Below, one piece after another: positions 26,701-34,967 of a stretch of DNA of 64,000 nt (within the stretch, counting starts at the first letter, position 1; each line of letters starts with the position of its first letter). The notes beneath the pieces are model-generated. The model was given only the letters and a program-made list of their open reading frames with translations, did no database searches and was not told where the DNA came from. Position numbers and translations under genes: made by a program. The DNA comes from a virus: the IMG/VR virus record IMGVR_UViG_3300045988_050655. One strand, 5' to 3'.

Positions 26701-29700
26701 TGCTGATGTTGATTATCAGGAGGAAGCTCGCCAAGAGGGTATCAATCCATCGGGTAAGTATCAGCATTCTCTCGCTGGCTTGAAACATTTGCCTACTGAT
26801 GGCTATTATATGTATCGTACCAACCCGAACCCTGAGACTGACCCTTGGGTGATTACTGGTGCGATGAAGGTGAACCGCATCTTGACCAGAGCAGAGCAAG
26901 CAGAACTTGTGAAGAAGACTGGTCGTGAACCTCAGCAGATTCAGGAGGGCGATATTGTTACTGATGATGTTGTGAACAGCATCAATCAGGAGATAGCTGA
27001 TGCCCCTAAGTTCTCGTTGAAAGACCCATTCAAGATGTCTGACAATGAGAAGAAGGAGCGTGGTGATAGACTTATTAAGGCTCCAGCTATTAATGTGGCT
27101 AGTGGTGTCATTCAGAAGACTGCTGACTTGTCTGCAAGAAAGGCTGCTGAAAAGTGGTGGAATGAGAATGTAGCAAAACCTCTCGTCTTCAATACAGAGG
27201 TTGGTGATGTGGAGATTAATGATAAATCTATCAAGGATTCACTTGCTCATAGATACAGACAACCTAAGTTGGATGCCATTACATCATTACCTGATGGATT
27301 TGGAAATGCGGTGTACCTTGGTACAATGAAGGACTTCACTAGGGATGGTGATGTAAACAATCACTATTTCGCTTATCCTATCAATTATGATGGGCAGAGA
27401 AACTATGTGTTCTGTCGTGCTATGCAGGATGCTAACAAGAATAGATTATATGTGCATGAGGTGTTTGTTGCTGATAAAATAAACGAGGGCAATACCCTTC
27501 AAACCACAGCGTCACAGCCTCATGGAGGTATTGCCCTCTACAAAGAAATTCTTGCGAATGTTCTTTCTGCTGCAAAGATAGACAATTCTTCTGAAACTAC
27601 CAAGGAAAATGGCGAAAAGTTTTCATTGAAGGACGAAAAAACTCTTGCAGGAGTGCATAACATTACTGAGGAGAAGCTGAGAAAGGCTTTGAAACTGGGT
27701 GGCTTTGCCAATCCTTCTTTGGCTGTAATTGATACTAACAAGACTGGTCACGACAACTTTGGAGAGATTTCCTTCATCGCTCCTTCTGCCCTTGTAGATA
27801 AGCGTACTGGCAAGACTGCTGGTACTTGGATAACTGATGCCTATACTCAGCGTTATCCTTCCGTAGAACGAGAAATGAGCGAGAAAGGCAGTCAGAAGTT
27901 TAGAGACTGGGTTGATAGCCTTGAATACCCAAGTGAAGCTAAGGCTGAGATTAAGAGACAGGCAGAGGATGCTCTGAGCAACAATAATGCTCCTGCTTGG
28001 GAATTGATGTACTTGAAGGAAAAGGGTATTGACATTAAGGAGTATGATTCAAGAATTGATTATCGCTGGAAAGAAATTATCAAAGACCATCCAACTGTTG
28101 AGGACATTCTGAATAGTATGAATACTGACCCTGAACTGAATGAAAAGGTTACAGGTCTCGCTAAGCATATCATCGTTGACCCTATACGGGGAAAGATTTC
28201 GTTGGAGGTGAGAAGAAAGATATATGAAGAGACTGGTGTTAAGATGAGTTCTCTCAATCCACAAGTAAGAAAACAGACTAAGGAAATCTTTGAGCGTGAC
28301 TATGCGCCAAGTCTTCTTAACAAGAATGGTACACCAAAGAAATCCGATGTAAAGAAGGTTGTTGAACAGATGGTGAAGGAGCACAACGACACAAAGAAGT
28401 ATGACTTCTATCTGTCTAAGGTGAAGGCTAGTAATTACGTCAACAAGAATGGTCTTTATGATGATTACATCAGATGGCAGGAGAACAAACTGGATGAGTT
28501 CGGAACAAAGAACCGTATCTTCCGTGGCTATACTAAGGATGGTTCCAGAAAGTATGTGCCTGAGACTCTTGAAAATGTTTCAAAGGCTATGAGGGAAGAA
28601 GCAGATGGGCAGACCAATGGAAGCGAATATACCTCGTTTGGTAGCTTTATCGCAAAGTTGGCTAGTCGTGTTGATTCTACAGACGAAATGCGTGCCAACA
28701 AGGATAAGTTGTCTTCTAATAAGGATAAGGAAGAATTTTACGAGAAATGGTCGGACGTATATTATGACCTTGCCAAGTTCTTTTATAATGATGTGTTCTA
28801 TGGCGAGCAGAGACTTCACGATATTGTATTGCAGTCTGACCCTAAGAAGTATGCCAAGAAAGAATATGGCATTACCCTTACTCCTACCTTCATGAAGAAG
28901 CTGGATGCCTTGAAGAATGCAGTACAGACAGAGTTGAAGAGTGCGTACTTTGAGACTAAGTACAACAGACCTCTCCGTCTAAACGAGTTTGCTGCTGCCG
29001 TGGTTCCTGATAACTTGGGCGAAGATGTACGCAAGGGAATAGAGAATGCTGGCTTACCAATGTATGACTACGACCCGAATAAGGAAGGTGACCGCAGCCG
29101 TGCCTTCAATGAAGCTATCAATAGTAGAGACAATATCAAATTCTCTCTGAAATCTATGATGGCGAAACCTGAGGGATGGAAACAAGCCAACAAGAAGGCT
29201 ATACATATTGCAGAAGCTATTGAGCGTGACCCTAAGTTCTCCTTGAAGAACCTTGATGGAACTCTCATTAAGGCTGGAACATATTTTAGCGGTGGCGGTC
29301 TTGTTGAGGAAGGTTTGAAGGGTATCATCGACCCAGTGGTGGCAGTTGAGTATGACGAGAAGATAAGCGGTGTTTATCGCAACAACTTCGGGCAGCACAT
29401 CGTTACTGCTGATGTTCGTGATGTTGACCCAAGAGAGTTGGTTAAGCTGATTGATGGCGAGGTAGAGTACTTCCATGCCAGCCCAGTCTGCAAGAACTAC
29501 TCTCAGGCAAAGAGTAACCATGCTGAGGTGGAACTTGACAAGGAGACTGCTGCTAGTACTGCCGAGTTCATCAATGCTATCAATCCAAAGGTGGTGACAA
29601 TCGAGAATGTGAAGGGATATAAGGATTCGGATGCCATGAAGACTATTACCGATGCTCTGGATGCCAACGGCTACACTTGGGATGCAGATGTGTATAACGC

Positions 29701-32700
29701 TGCTGACTATGGCGGCTACACCAACCGAGAGAGATTGATTGTCCGTGCGGTTCGTGATGGCAAACTCCCTGAAAAGCCAAAGAAGATGGCACGCAAGAGC
29801 GGATGGTATGAAGCTGTGGCTGATATTATCCCGACCCTGACCGAGAAGAAGAATGGTGTGGCTCCTTGGATGGATATTCGATTGAAGGCTGATGGCATTG
29901 ACTGGCGAAACATTGACAAGCCATTATATGTGATGGGTAGTGCCTATGCTGACGGAAAGGTTCCTCATGCCTTCGCTGATGAACTGCTGCCTACACTCCG
30001 AACCAAGAGCGGTGATGTGATTGTGATGCCTGATGGCAAGGTATATCGTGCCATGGGCAGAGTGCTCGCTAGAGTATCAGGAGTGAGCGATGATTACAAG
30101 ATGCCATTCTCTGAGAATCTGAGCCATACCATCATCGGCAACGGAATCCCTACTCAGTTGACCGAGCATGTTATTGCTCCTCTGCTTACTGGCTCCGACC
30201 CTAAGTTTAGCATCCGTACCTATCACGGCACTGGTGCTAGCTTTGACAAGTTCGATTTATCTCATGCCTTGGAAGGCGAGGGAAGTGAGAGCTTCGGTCA
30301 TGGTGTGTATGTTACCAACTCTAGCAAGATTGGACGTGAGTATGCCCAGAGAGCAAAGAATAGAAAGATGGAAGACCTCTATAAAAATATGCGCTACCCT
30401 GATGGGGTGAAGGGCGATATTTTCAAGAGAAGAGTCTTTGGTGAAATGGTGAACGATGTGGCTACTGGCGGTAGTGTGGCAAGTGCCAAGGAGTTTGCCA
30501 AGAAACGTGTCGGTGCTGATGCCAATGATATTCAGCGTACCCTTGAAAACTTGAAGGATAGAGAGAAGGGAACTGAGTATGAACAGAACTTGAAGGATAG
30601 ACTTGCAGAGTATAAAGAAGGCTTGAAGTGGATTGATTCTCTTGATGAAGATTATCTTACCCAAGGGAACGCTAACAGATACGATGTGGATATTCCTGAT
30701 GATAACGGTGAAAATTACCTTGGATGGAATGAGTCTCAAAACTTCCCATTGGAAAAATGGTACAGACTATGGGAAATAACTCATGAAGGGTTTAATGAAA
30801 ACGAGTATTTCAAAGATGGTGGAGCGAGATATGATATAGATAGGATTGAGCGTATCACCCAAATGAAACTTGAATCGCCAGAGAATGGTATGCAGAGACT
30901 TCCTACATTAAAAGGTGAAGCATTGTATCATGCTTTGGAAGACTTCTTCAACCGTGAAAGACCTTCGTATGGTGCAGAATTAGCATCAAGGGCTTTGAGT
31001 GAAATAGGTTTTGTCGGTATCAAGTACCCTGCTGGAATGATTCATGGCGGTGCTGAGGAAGGAGATTACAACTATGTGATATTCGATGAGAACAATGCCA
31101 ATATCGTGGGTAATACCCGATTCTCCTTGCGCTATGACCAGTTTGAACACGACTTGAACCAGTGGAAGAAGGATAATAATCTGCCTAAGGATGCCCAGCG
31201 ACCAACCATCCCACAACGCAACGCTGGCGAGAGTGCTGCTGCATTCTTGAAGAGAGTGGATGAGTACCGCAAGCAGATGGCTCTTTGGAAGACTGCTCCA
31301 ACATACGAGCAGCATCTTCTGAGTGATGATACTGCCCTTGGAGAGTTCAACCGAGAGTTGCAGCGTGGTTCCGTGCTGAAACGTATCGCCTTCCAAGATA
31401 GTATGCTGGCTATCCGCAAGGCTCAGGAAGCTATCATGAAGGAAGTTGGTGTTGACCGCCTGAATATGGCTGAGGATGCCTATACTGCCGAGAACCGGAG
31501 TCACGGCAAGGGAAAGAATGAGTTTGAGGAGTACAATAATGAGTTCTTGCAGCCATTGAGAAAGGCTTATCACCAGATGAAGAAGATACTTGGTGATAGC
31601 TACGATAATGTCCGTATCTACATGATGGCTAAGCATGGCTTGGAGCGTGATGCCCAGATGGCATTCAAGAAGTCACTGGATGCTGACTTTGAGGATGTGG
31701 CTCAGAGAAGTGCGGCATACAGGGCTTACAAGGGCGATATGAACCGTATTACCAATGATAGCGATTTGGAGTTTGGAAGAGTGGATTTCACTACTTGGAG
31801 GCAGAGAGATAATGCTCTCAGAACGAAATATTCTCCTTCCTATATGGACTATCGTTATGATGAGAATGGTATCGCCTACGATTATTCAGGCTTGTCGGCT
31901 CTCTTCGGTGGCTCTGACTTTGAGGAAGCTGCCCACAAACTGGTAAGGGATATTGAGAGTAGTCATGTAGCTGAGGTGCAAGACCTCTGGAATGCTACGA
32001 ATGCGGCTACCAAGAAGATTCTCCGTGATGGCTATAAGGCTGGTATGATGAGCAAAGATACTTATCAGTATGTGCGAGATATGTATAGCCATTATATTCC
32101 TCTCCGTGGCTGGGATGGCACTACTGCCGACCAAGTATGGGACTATATTGGTGGTGGCAAGGGTGCGTTCAATCAGACCTTGAAAACGGCACATGGACGA
32201 ACCTCTATTGCTGATGACCCTATCGCCTACATCGAGAATATGGCAGAAAGTGGAATCCTGCTGAACAACAAGAACTGGGTGAAGCAACACCTGATGCTCT
32301 TGGCTCAGAATCATCCAACTTCCCTGCTGACCCTGAGCAAGGCTTGGTACGTGAAGAGTACGGATGCCAACGGCAACGAGGAGTGGATTCCTGCTACACT
32401 TCAGATTACTTCTCATATGAATAGCAATCAGGTGAAGGCTGCTATTGATGCTTTCGAGCAGAAGATGGAGAATATGGCGCAGACTGGCGATGCTACCCAG
32501 CAGAGAGAAGGCTTGAATATTGCCTATCCTCAGACTCATAGCGAGGAGAGAGAACATGAGGTAAGAGTGATGAAGGATGGCGAGGAGTATATTATCTATG
32601 TGAATGGTGACCCTCAGTTGGCTCAGGCGATGAACAATACCAGAGCACACCGAGTGAGAGAAATTCAGAGCGGCAAACTGGATAGGGCTGCTGCTTGGTT

Positions 32701-34711
32701 GGGCAGAAAGATGGCTGCTGCCTATACCAGTCTTTCACCTCTCTTCATCCCTTCCAACTACTTCCGAGACCTGACCATGACGCTGGCATCTACCGCTATT
32801 CGTGAGGATGGAAAATACAACTATCTGCTCAGAAAGAATCTGGCTACCTCTTGGAATCTCGGTTTCATGTTGAGAGACTATCAGAATGGCAAGTTGAGAG
32901 AGAAGGTAAGCAACGGAAACGCTACTCCTAAGGAACAGATGTTCTATGACTTCATGATGAATGGTGGCGAGACTGGCTTTGTATCTTCACTTGATGTGGA
33001 AGACTTGAAGAAGAAATTCAAGAATGACTTGAAGGATTTGGATAGATGGAAGGCGAACCCAGTTAAGGTTGGGCACACCATCATGGATGGCATTGAGTTC
33101 CTGAACAGAGCAATCGAGGATAGTAACCGATTTGCGGTTTACATGACCTCTATTCAGTATGGACGTTCCATTGATGAGGCTGTGAATGATGCCAAGGACG
33201 TTACCCTGAACTTCAACCGCAAGGGTACTGGCGAATACGGCTGGCAGATGGTTAGAAATCTCTATCTCTTCATCAACCCAGCGGTACAGAGTTTGCAGAC
33301 TCTTGGTGCGCTTGCCAAGCATCATCCTTTCAAGTTCACGGCTGTTACTGCATCATGGTTGGTGAGTGGTGTGCTGGTTCCTATCGTTAACGCTGCCCTG
33401 ATGAGTCTGTTGGGCGGTGATGATGATAAGGATAAGTACTGGCAGTTCACCAAGTGGGATAGACGAAACAACCTTATCATGTGGGTTCCTACTACTCATG
33501 AGTTCGTGAAGATTCCGCTTGCTCAGGAGTTCCGTGCTTTCTATGGAATAGGCGATATGATTGCATCCAAGATGATGGGTGGCGAGTTGGCTGAGGAGAG
33601 TTGGAGTCAGTATGCAGAAGACTTGCTCGGTCAGGTGGTGGATATGCTTCCGCTCGACCCGACTGGATATGACGGCAATATTGCGGTCAGCCTGATGCCG
33701 AATGCTATTCGCCCAGTCTTTGAGTTGGCTTTCAATGTTGACTTCACTGGCAAGCCATTATTCAAGGAGACAGAGTATAACAAGTATGACCCGAACTTTA
33801 CCAAGGCATACGTGGGTACTCCTGATTGGTTGGTTCGTGCATCCAAGATGGTTAACTCAATCGGAAACGACTATCCTGATGTGCAGCAGAACAGCATTGA
33901 TGCTTTCGGTGACCCAAGATACAATCTGAATAACCCTGCTGTGGTTGACCATGTATTGTCTTCTTATCTCGGTGGTGCTTACACCATGGGCAGTCAGGTG
34001 CTCGGTGTTCTTACCAAGTCACTCAACGACCCGAAGGAAATCAAGGTGGCTGATATTCCATTATTCAGCAAGTTCGTCAGCAATCCTGATGATAGACCGG
34101 TTACTAAGAAACAAGGTGATGAGTTCTGGAATATGAAGGAGAACCACGACCGTGCAGCCAATACCCTGAGCAAGTTGAAGAAACAAGCTAAGGTGGATGG
34201 CGATTACTCTATGCTGGAGCGGTTCTACGGCTCAGAGGAGTATAAGCAGTATAAGCAGGATGATGTGAAGGTGAAGAAGTATGAGGAAGACAAGAAGAAG
34301 GAACGTGCTGAGGAGAGTGGGGAGGAGTATAGACCTAACAAGTTGAATGCCGAGGATATATATAAGGCTCATGCTACTCCGAAGGATGATTTCGAGGACT
34401 TGAAACTGAAACAACTCTACACTAAACTGAACGGATTCAAGACTTCCTATGACCTCTTGGTTGATACGGCTCCTAGTCAGAGCGATGCCTACTACAACAC
34501 CAACAAGTCTGCCATTGATGCCATTGACGAGATTTCCCTTGATAAGCAGGAGATTTCCGAGTTGAAGAAAGGTTTCTTGGATGATGGCAAGGATGCCTAC
34601 AACGCTGAGGACATGAAACAGATTCGTGAACTGAGAAAGAAGATTCTTGCTGTACTGGAGAAGGCTAACAAGGTAGTTGTGGCTAACCAGAAGGCGAAGA
34701 CTGAGAAGTAA
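20786..34711 (+). CDS. giant polyvalent (multi-effector) protein, 4,641 aa
   Basis: One uninterrupted 13,926-nt ORF. Embedded HExxH zincin, C5-MTase, ART-like and barnase/EndoU-like modules, plus several unknown modules separated by a recurring (K/R)FS(L/I)(K/R) motif. Confidence 0.85.
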   Translation: MPDNVDKLFEIMQAKGAASDRGKFRKVFLTPGNKGYKIRKDIYDGLRADGIIDSPTYEDFRRKLRLGGTPTVNKYRQQMFNSVDPNKSRASELTNRAVGQAVRATNNVRKPVTAKVVNRKGKPIGEEFAITPAKTVEDLDREYAQETTKNWENELHDQMADADKDAAKISDMFKSFIGSTDEVGSVWGNMTRGGGIAGTPHSVTTNNGIMENTEARQILAAGDYNRKRRELLQLEQDSRNGAIFDNHSFFRGMYDAAKDTGFLTGGASDLINAGSLLATKQDLDNGVHTEAGDMLMQQAVKNSNAQSQYGDNQGWMYTGGVITTNMAPFMVQIGSAGFSKGMSNAIGKVVQSAASKVALGMMNKAIGLTSTHVANIIGKMTGLTTKAFGKAIQYGIVGAAQANTVGLGNVANDVINRYTGQVYQDEQGNYKFGTFDSDGNLVHEGGEDFLTALVKGEAAQTIEFATELAGGGIDAAGTALKNFVTKGGKKIINKYNMENVSKVIDFLLNNKVAKNARYLKAGADRTLGKVEVNSIVGESLEEELGIIANTVFTGDNKISDLWDEKQQSQIWGGMLLSIGLMKGAVAPFHAYNAKQYYSYKHKLDKADVNLSQLLGKEKWEELRNQIDTTTNDDMPEMVNRINRDVALGKNRQPVREYIQNLLIMRGYDIGNMLAAKKAVEDKGEGVSVKNMEKNQAYQQGRDAYGYDTHEIQLDQEDKQKSLAQLLGISEQQLASMSDEELDALSGRDDNIDRAIYDYQLSTARYEGVIDNARDQIDLEVQRAAQAVDMYTDKSRNTIRNATIKATGGLEDYGVYIINGNIATHEDGSIDISNSDDMILYYDPTTNTVEHADAMMFAELGSEENADEVRSQAMADAKEKAIKETTGIIDGVVEVGTQFKTVDADGTEHTYEVLADNGDGTAMITIDGNIPTELVKGENVNIPVSFEELQKMKDESDQQRLQAAKAQREQMEKERAEQQNQETEETQPSFDFKKILNDNGNVVLADVLDEDGNTRYPNSKLFLIRDSGAKAKVVELKSDGTLKSHAVDKKDVRTATTMSLDEYKQAMAESSMIEDNSGENRGEIEAETSIIEDAEPIGTGAFGNIYNQFKGKVKEAFNFLMSHKSGDLLGVFHRDDVGDIDLVWGNEKMGLAHILGKHVGEGKDFETPDDAIEMIENVINSGRIFQDNQNRYTLMLDGVGVGIRKSFDGEKKNWIVTAVDFNRSQEEKGIVTNPTSTSHGVTESESAAALNDSDGKDINNSANDNENNESLTFEDGTPIPVDENGETDLSQTDAAHAAEWYDNNLGEDADDWLDGEIKKAKKVLEQAQNKKVTGTKPSELVASKKEKEAAIADAQAHYDSAISIRDSLKERRIAKEENTAEGRKELIEKERRKFARLKSAVKDDAEAVAQLYKETVGSLLHRLYDGTGIDVTDTIPLTAEEYVASNLGAHSLNYEGTETSKGVKQETGLNREDFAKTQLLAADGKGTTIDNLVHSLWENRPSNLDSLGTQEIRNALLSVITSGFKASEARNYIENLRIAQAENFLEEQKKAADNAAFAEENKAESEQQTETATESEEKTGEDNSDEINDEDNEKINEQTNENINAPEVPEDATEENPLGLQLSEDKVPFEIEGGKSGETYNINDNEDRQRLINDNKVDDKDILDIDMPKHVHKAIKELCKKMGLKVQFLYMGARSNGWIENGTMYLALDTEMATQFVFGHEMTHAIKQKNPEAYKELVKVAMAVTTKKKFEEDLAKVYQNYHGISGYNNVDDYVEEVVADNLGKFINNFDLAQKFSLRLNHPVLATILHAIQKIKSLLYGDFYKSVDALERIVEKAYVDTAKGEVTNSETGEDVSFSLRQKPEPKKKGIGYKVFVLKDGKLYPPMVANPDGAATPVGVWLDADAAPIAGESKTGRPQVKQGGKGTQGGSGKLAYRPGWHLGVVPYAIQFNRKDAEGNKTLFPKNFVFAEVEYAADVDYQEEARQEGINPSGKYQHSLAGLKHLPTDGYYMYRTNPNPETDPWVITGAMKVNRILTRAEQAELVKKTGREPQQIQEGDIVTDDVVNSINQEIADAPKFSLKDPFKMSDNEKKERGDRLIKAPAINVASGVIQKTADLSARKAAEKWWNENVAKPLVFNTEVGDVEINDKSIKDSLAHRYRQPKLDAITSLPDGFGNAVYLGTMKDFTRDGDVNNHYFAYPINYDGQRNYVFCRAMQDANKNRLYVHEVFVADKINEGNTLQTTASQPHGGIALYKEILANVLSAAKIDNSSETTKENGEKFSLKDEKTLAGVHNITEEKLRKALKLGGFANPSLAVIDTNKTGHDNFGEISFIAPSALVDKRTGKTAGTWITDAYTQRYPSVEREMSEKGSQKFRDWVDSLEYPSEAKAEIKRQAEDALSNNNAPAWELMYLKEKGIDIKEYDSRIDYRWKEIIKDHPTVEDILNSMNTDPELNEKVTGLAKHIIVDPIRGKISLEVRRKIYEETGVKMSSLNPQVRKQTKEIFERDYAPSLLNKNGTPKKSDVKKVVEQMVKEHNDTKKYDFYLSKVKASNYVNKNGLYDDYIRWQENKLDEFGTKNRIFRGYTKDGSRKYVPETLENVSKAMREEADGQTNGSEYTSFGSFIAKLASRVDSTDEMRANKDKLSSNKDKEEFYEKWSDVYYDLAKFFYNDVFYGEQRLHDIVLQSDPKKYAKKEYGITLTPTFMKKLDALKNAVQTELKSAYFETKYNRPLRLNEFAAAVVPDNLGEDVRKGIENAGLPMYDYDPNKEGDRSRAFNEAINSRDNIKFSLKSMMAKPEGWKQANKKAIHIAEAIERDPKFSLKNLDGTLIKAGTYFSGGGLVEEGLKGIIDPVVAVEYDEKISGVYRNNFGQHIVTADVRDVDPRELVKLIDGEVEYFHASPVCKNYSQAKSNHAEVELDKETAASTAEFINAINPKVVTIENVKGYKDSDAMKTITDALDANGYTWDADVYNAADYGGYTNRERLIVRAVRDGKLPEKPKKMARKSGWYEAVADIIPTLTEKKNGVAPWMDIRLKADGIDWRNIDKPLYVMGSAYADGKVPHAFADELLPTLRTKSGDVIVMPDGKVYRAMGRVLARVSGVSDDYKMPFSENLSHTIIGNGIPTQLTEHVIAPLLTGSDPKFSIRTYHGTGASFDKFDLSHALEGEGSESFGHGVYVTNSSKIGREYAQRAKNRKMEDLYKNMRYPDGVKGDIFKRRVFGEMVNDVATGGSVASAKEFAKKRVGADANDIQRTLENLKDREKGTEYEQNLKDRLAEYKEGLKWIDSLDEDYLTQGNANRYDVDIPDDNGENYLGWNESQNFPLEKWYRLWEITHEGFNENEYFKDGGARYDIDRIERITQMKLESPENGMQRLPTLKGEALYHALEDFFNRERPSYGAELASRALSEIGFVGIKYPAGMIHGGAEEGDYNYVIFDENNANIVGNTRFSLRYDQFEHDLNQWKKDNNLPKDAQRPTIPQRNAGESAAAFLKRVDEYRKQMALWKTAPTYEQHLLSDDTALGEFNRELQRGSVLKRIAFQDSMLAIRKAQEAIMKEVGVDRLNMAEDAYTAENRSHGKGKNEFEEYNNEFLQPLRKAYHQMKKILGDSYDNVRIYMMAKHGLERDAQMAFKKSLDADFEDVAQRSAAYRAYKGDMNRITNDSDLEFGRVDFTTWRQRDNALRTKYSPSYMDYRYDENGIAYDYSGLSALFGGSDFEEAAHKLVRDIESSHVAEVQDLWNATNAATKKILRDGYKAGMMSKDTYQYVRDMYSHYIPLRGWDGTTADQVWDYIGGGKGAFNQTLKTAHGRTSIADDPIAYIENMAESGILLNNKNWVKQHLMLLAQNHPTSLLTLSKAWYVKSTDANGNEEWIPATLQITSHMNSNQVKAAIDAFEQKMENMAQTGDATQQREGLNIAYPQTHSEEREHEVRVMKDGEEYIIYVNGDPQLAQAMNNTRAHRVREIQSGKLDRAAAWLGRKMAAAYTSLSPLFIPSNYFRDLTMTLASTAIREDGKYNYLLRKNLATSWNLGFMLRDYQNGKLREKVSNGNATPKEQMFYDFMMNGGETGFVSSLDVEDLKKKFKNDLKDLDRWKANPVKVGHTIMDGIEFLNRAIEDSNRFAVYMTSIQYGRSIDEAVNDAKDVTLNFNRKGTGEYGWQMVRNLYLFINPAVQSLQTLGALAKHHPFKFTAVTASWLVSGVLVPIVNAALMSLLGGDDDKDKYWQFTKWDRRNNLIMWVPTTHEFVKIPLAQEFRAFYGIGDMIASKMMGGELAEESWSQYAEDLLGQVVDMLPLDPTGYDGNIAVSLMPNAIRPVFELAFNVDFTGKPLFKETEYNKYDPNFTKAYVGTPDWLVRASKMVNSIGNDYPDVQQNSIDAFGDPRYNLNNPAVVDHVLSSYLGGAYTMGSQVLGVLTKSLNDPKEIKVADIPLFSKFVSNPDDRPVTKKQGDEFWNMKENHDRAANTLSKLKKQAKVDGDYSMLERFYGSEEYKQYKQDDVKVKKYEEDKKKERAEESGEEYRPNKLNAEDIYKAHATPKDDFEDLKLKQLYTKLNGFKTSYDLLVDTAPSQSDAYYNTNKSAIDAIDEISLDKQEISELKKGFLDDGKDAYNAEDMKQIRELRKKILAVLEKANKVVVANQKAKTEK
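24065..24450 (+). other. domain: PBECR-like (barnase/EndoU/RelE-type) module of the giant protein
   Basis: aa ~1094-1221. GDIDLVWGNEKMGLAHILGKHVGEGKDF. Assigned from memory of polyvalent-protein nuclease modules only. Confidence 0.35.
25772..26340 (+). other. domain: zincin metallopeptidase (MPTase-PolyVal-like)
   Basis: FVFGHEMTHAIKQ, with the HExxH at nt 25940-25954 (H1719, E1720, H1723). Confidence 0.55.
29234..30202 (+). other. domain: C5 cytosine DNA methyltransferase
   Basis: YFSGGGL (I), HASPVCKNYS (IV, Cys2902), TIENVKGY (VI), TNRERLIVRAV (VIII), IIGNGIPTQL (X). Confidence 0.75.
30203..31117 (+). other. domain: ADP-ribosyltransferase-like (H-Y-E, ART-PolyVal-like) with a long insert
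   Basis: TYHGTGASFDKFD, FGHGVYVTNSSKIGREYA ... GFVGIKYPAG..GDYNYVIFDENN. Confidence 0.45.
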
Positions 34712-34723
34712 TACATATATGAC

Positions 34724-34756
34724 TATCCCCTGAAAGTGCTGGGCTTTCGGGGGATA
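34724..34756 (+). terminator. 13-bp stem hairpin after the giant gene
   Basis: tatcccctgaaag-tgctggg-ctttcgggggata (one G-U pair). No clear U tract follows. Confidence 0.45.
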
Positions 34757-34876
34757 ATTGCTTTCAATCTGAAACTTTTTTCCTATTTTTCTTGTGTAAA
34801 TCTATCAATCTGTAAGTGTTTATAAAGTTTAACTATTAAAAATATCCTAAATTGTTATGCTTCCATTATTTCTTTT

Positions 34877-34884
34877 TATATTTG
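34877..34884 (+). promoter_or_regulatory. Bacteroidota -7 box (TATATTTG)
   Basis: 84 nt upstream of ATG 34968. Confidence 0.4.
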
Positions 34885-34967
34885 CGGCATCTAAGAACAT
34901 CTGAATTTCAGGTGATTACATCAGCAAAAGATTATCCAATCATTATAAACTTAAAAAATGAAGGCTT

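Noticed and set aside
21056-34414. Many long minus-strand ORFs inside the giant gene (for example 21497-22114, 23063-23743, 24593-25312, 30986-31636, 31886-32650).
   Set aside because: They are antisense shadow ORFs of a 13.9-kb uninterrupted plus-strand frame with clear domain motifs. Their translations are Leu/Ser/Ile-rich low-complexity sequence with no motifs and no start signals.
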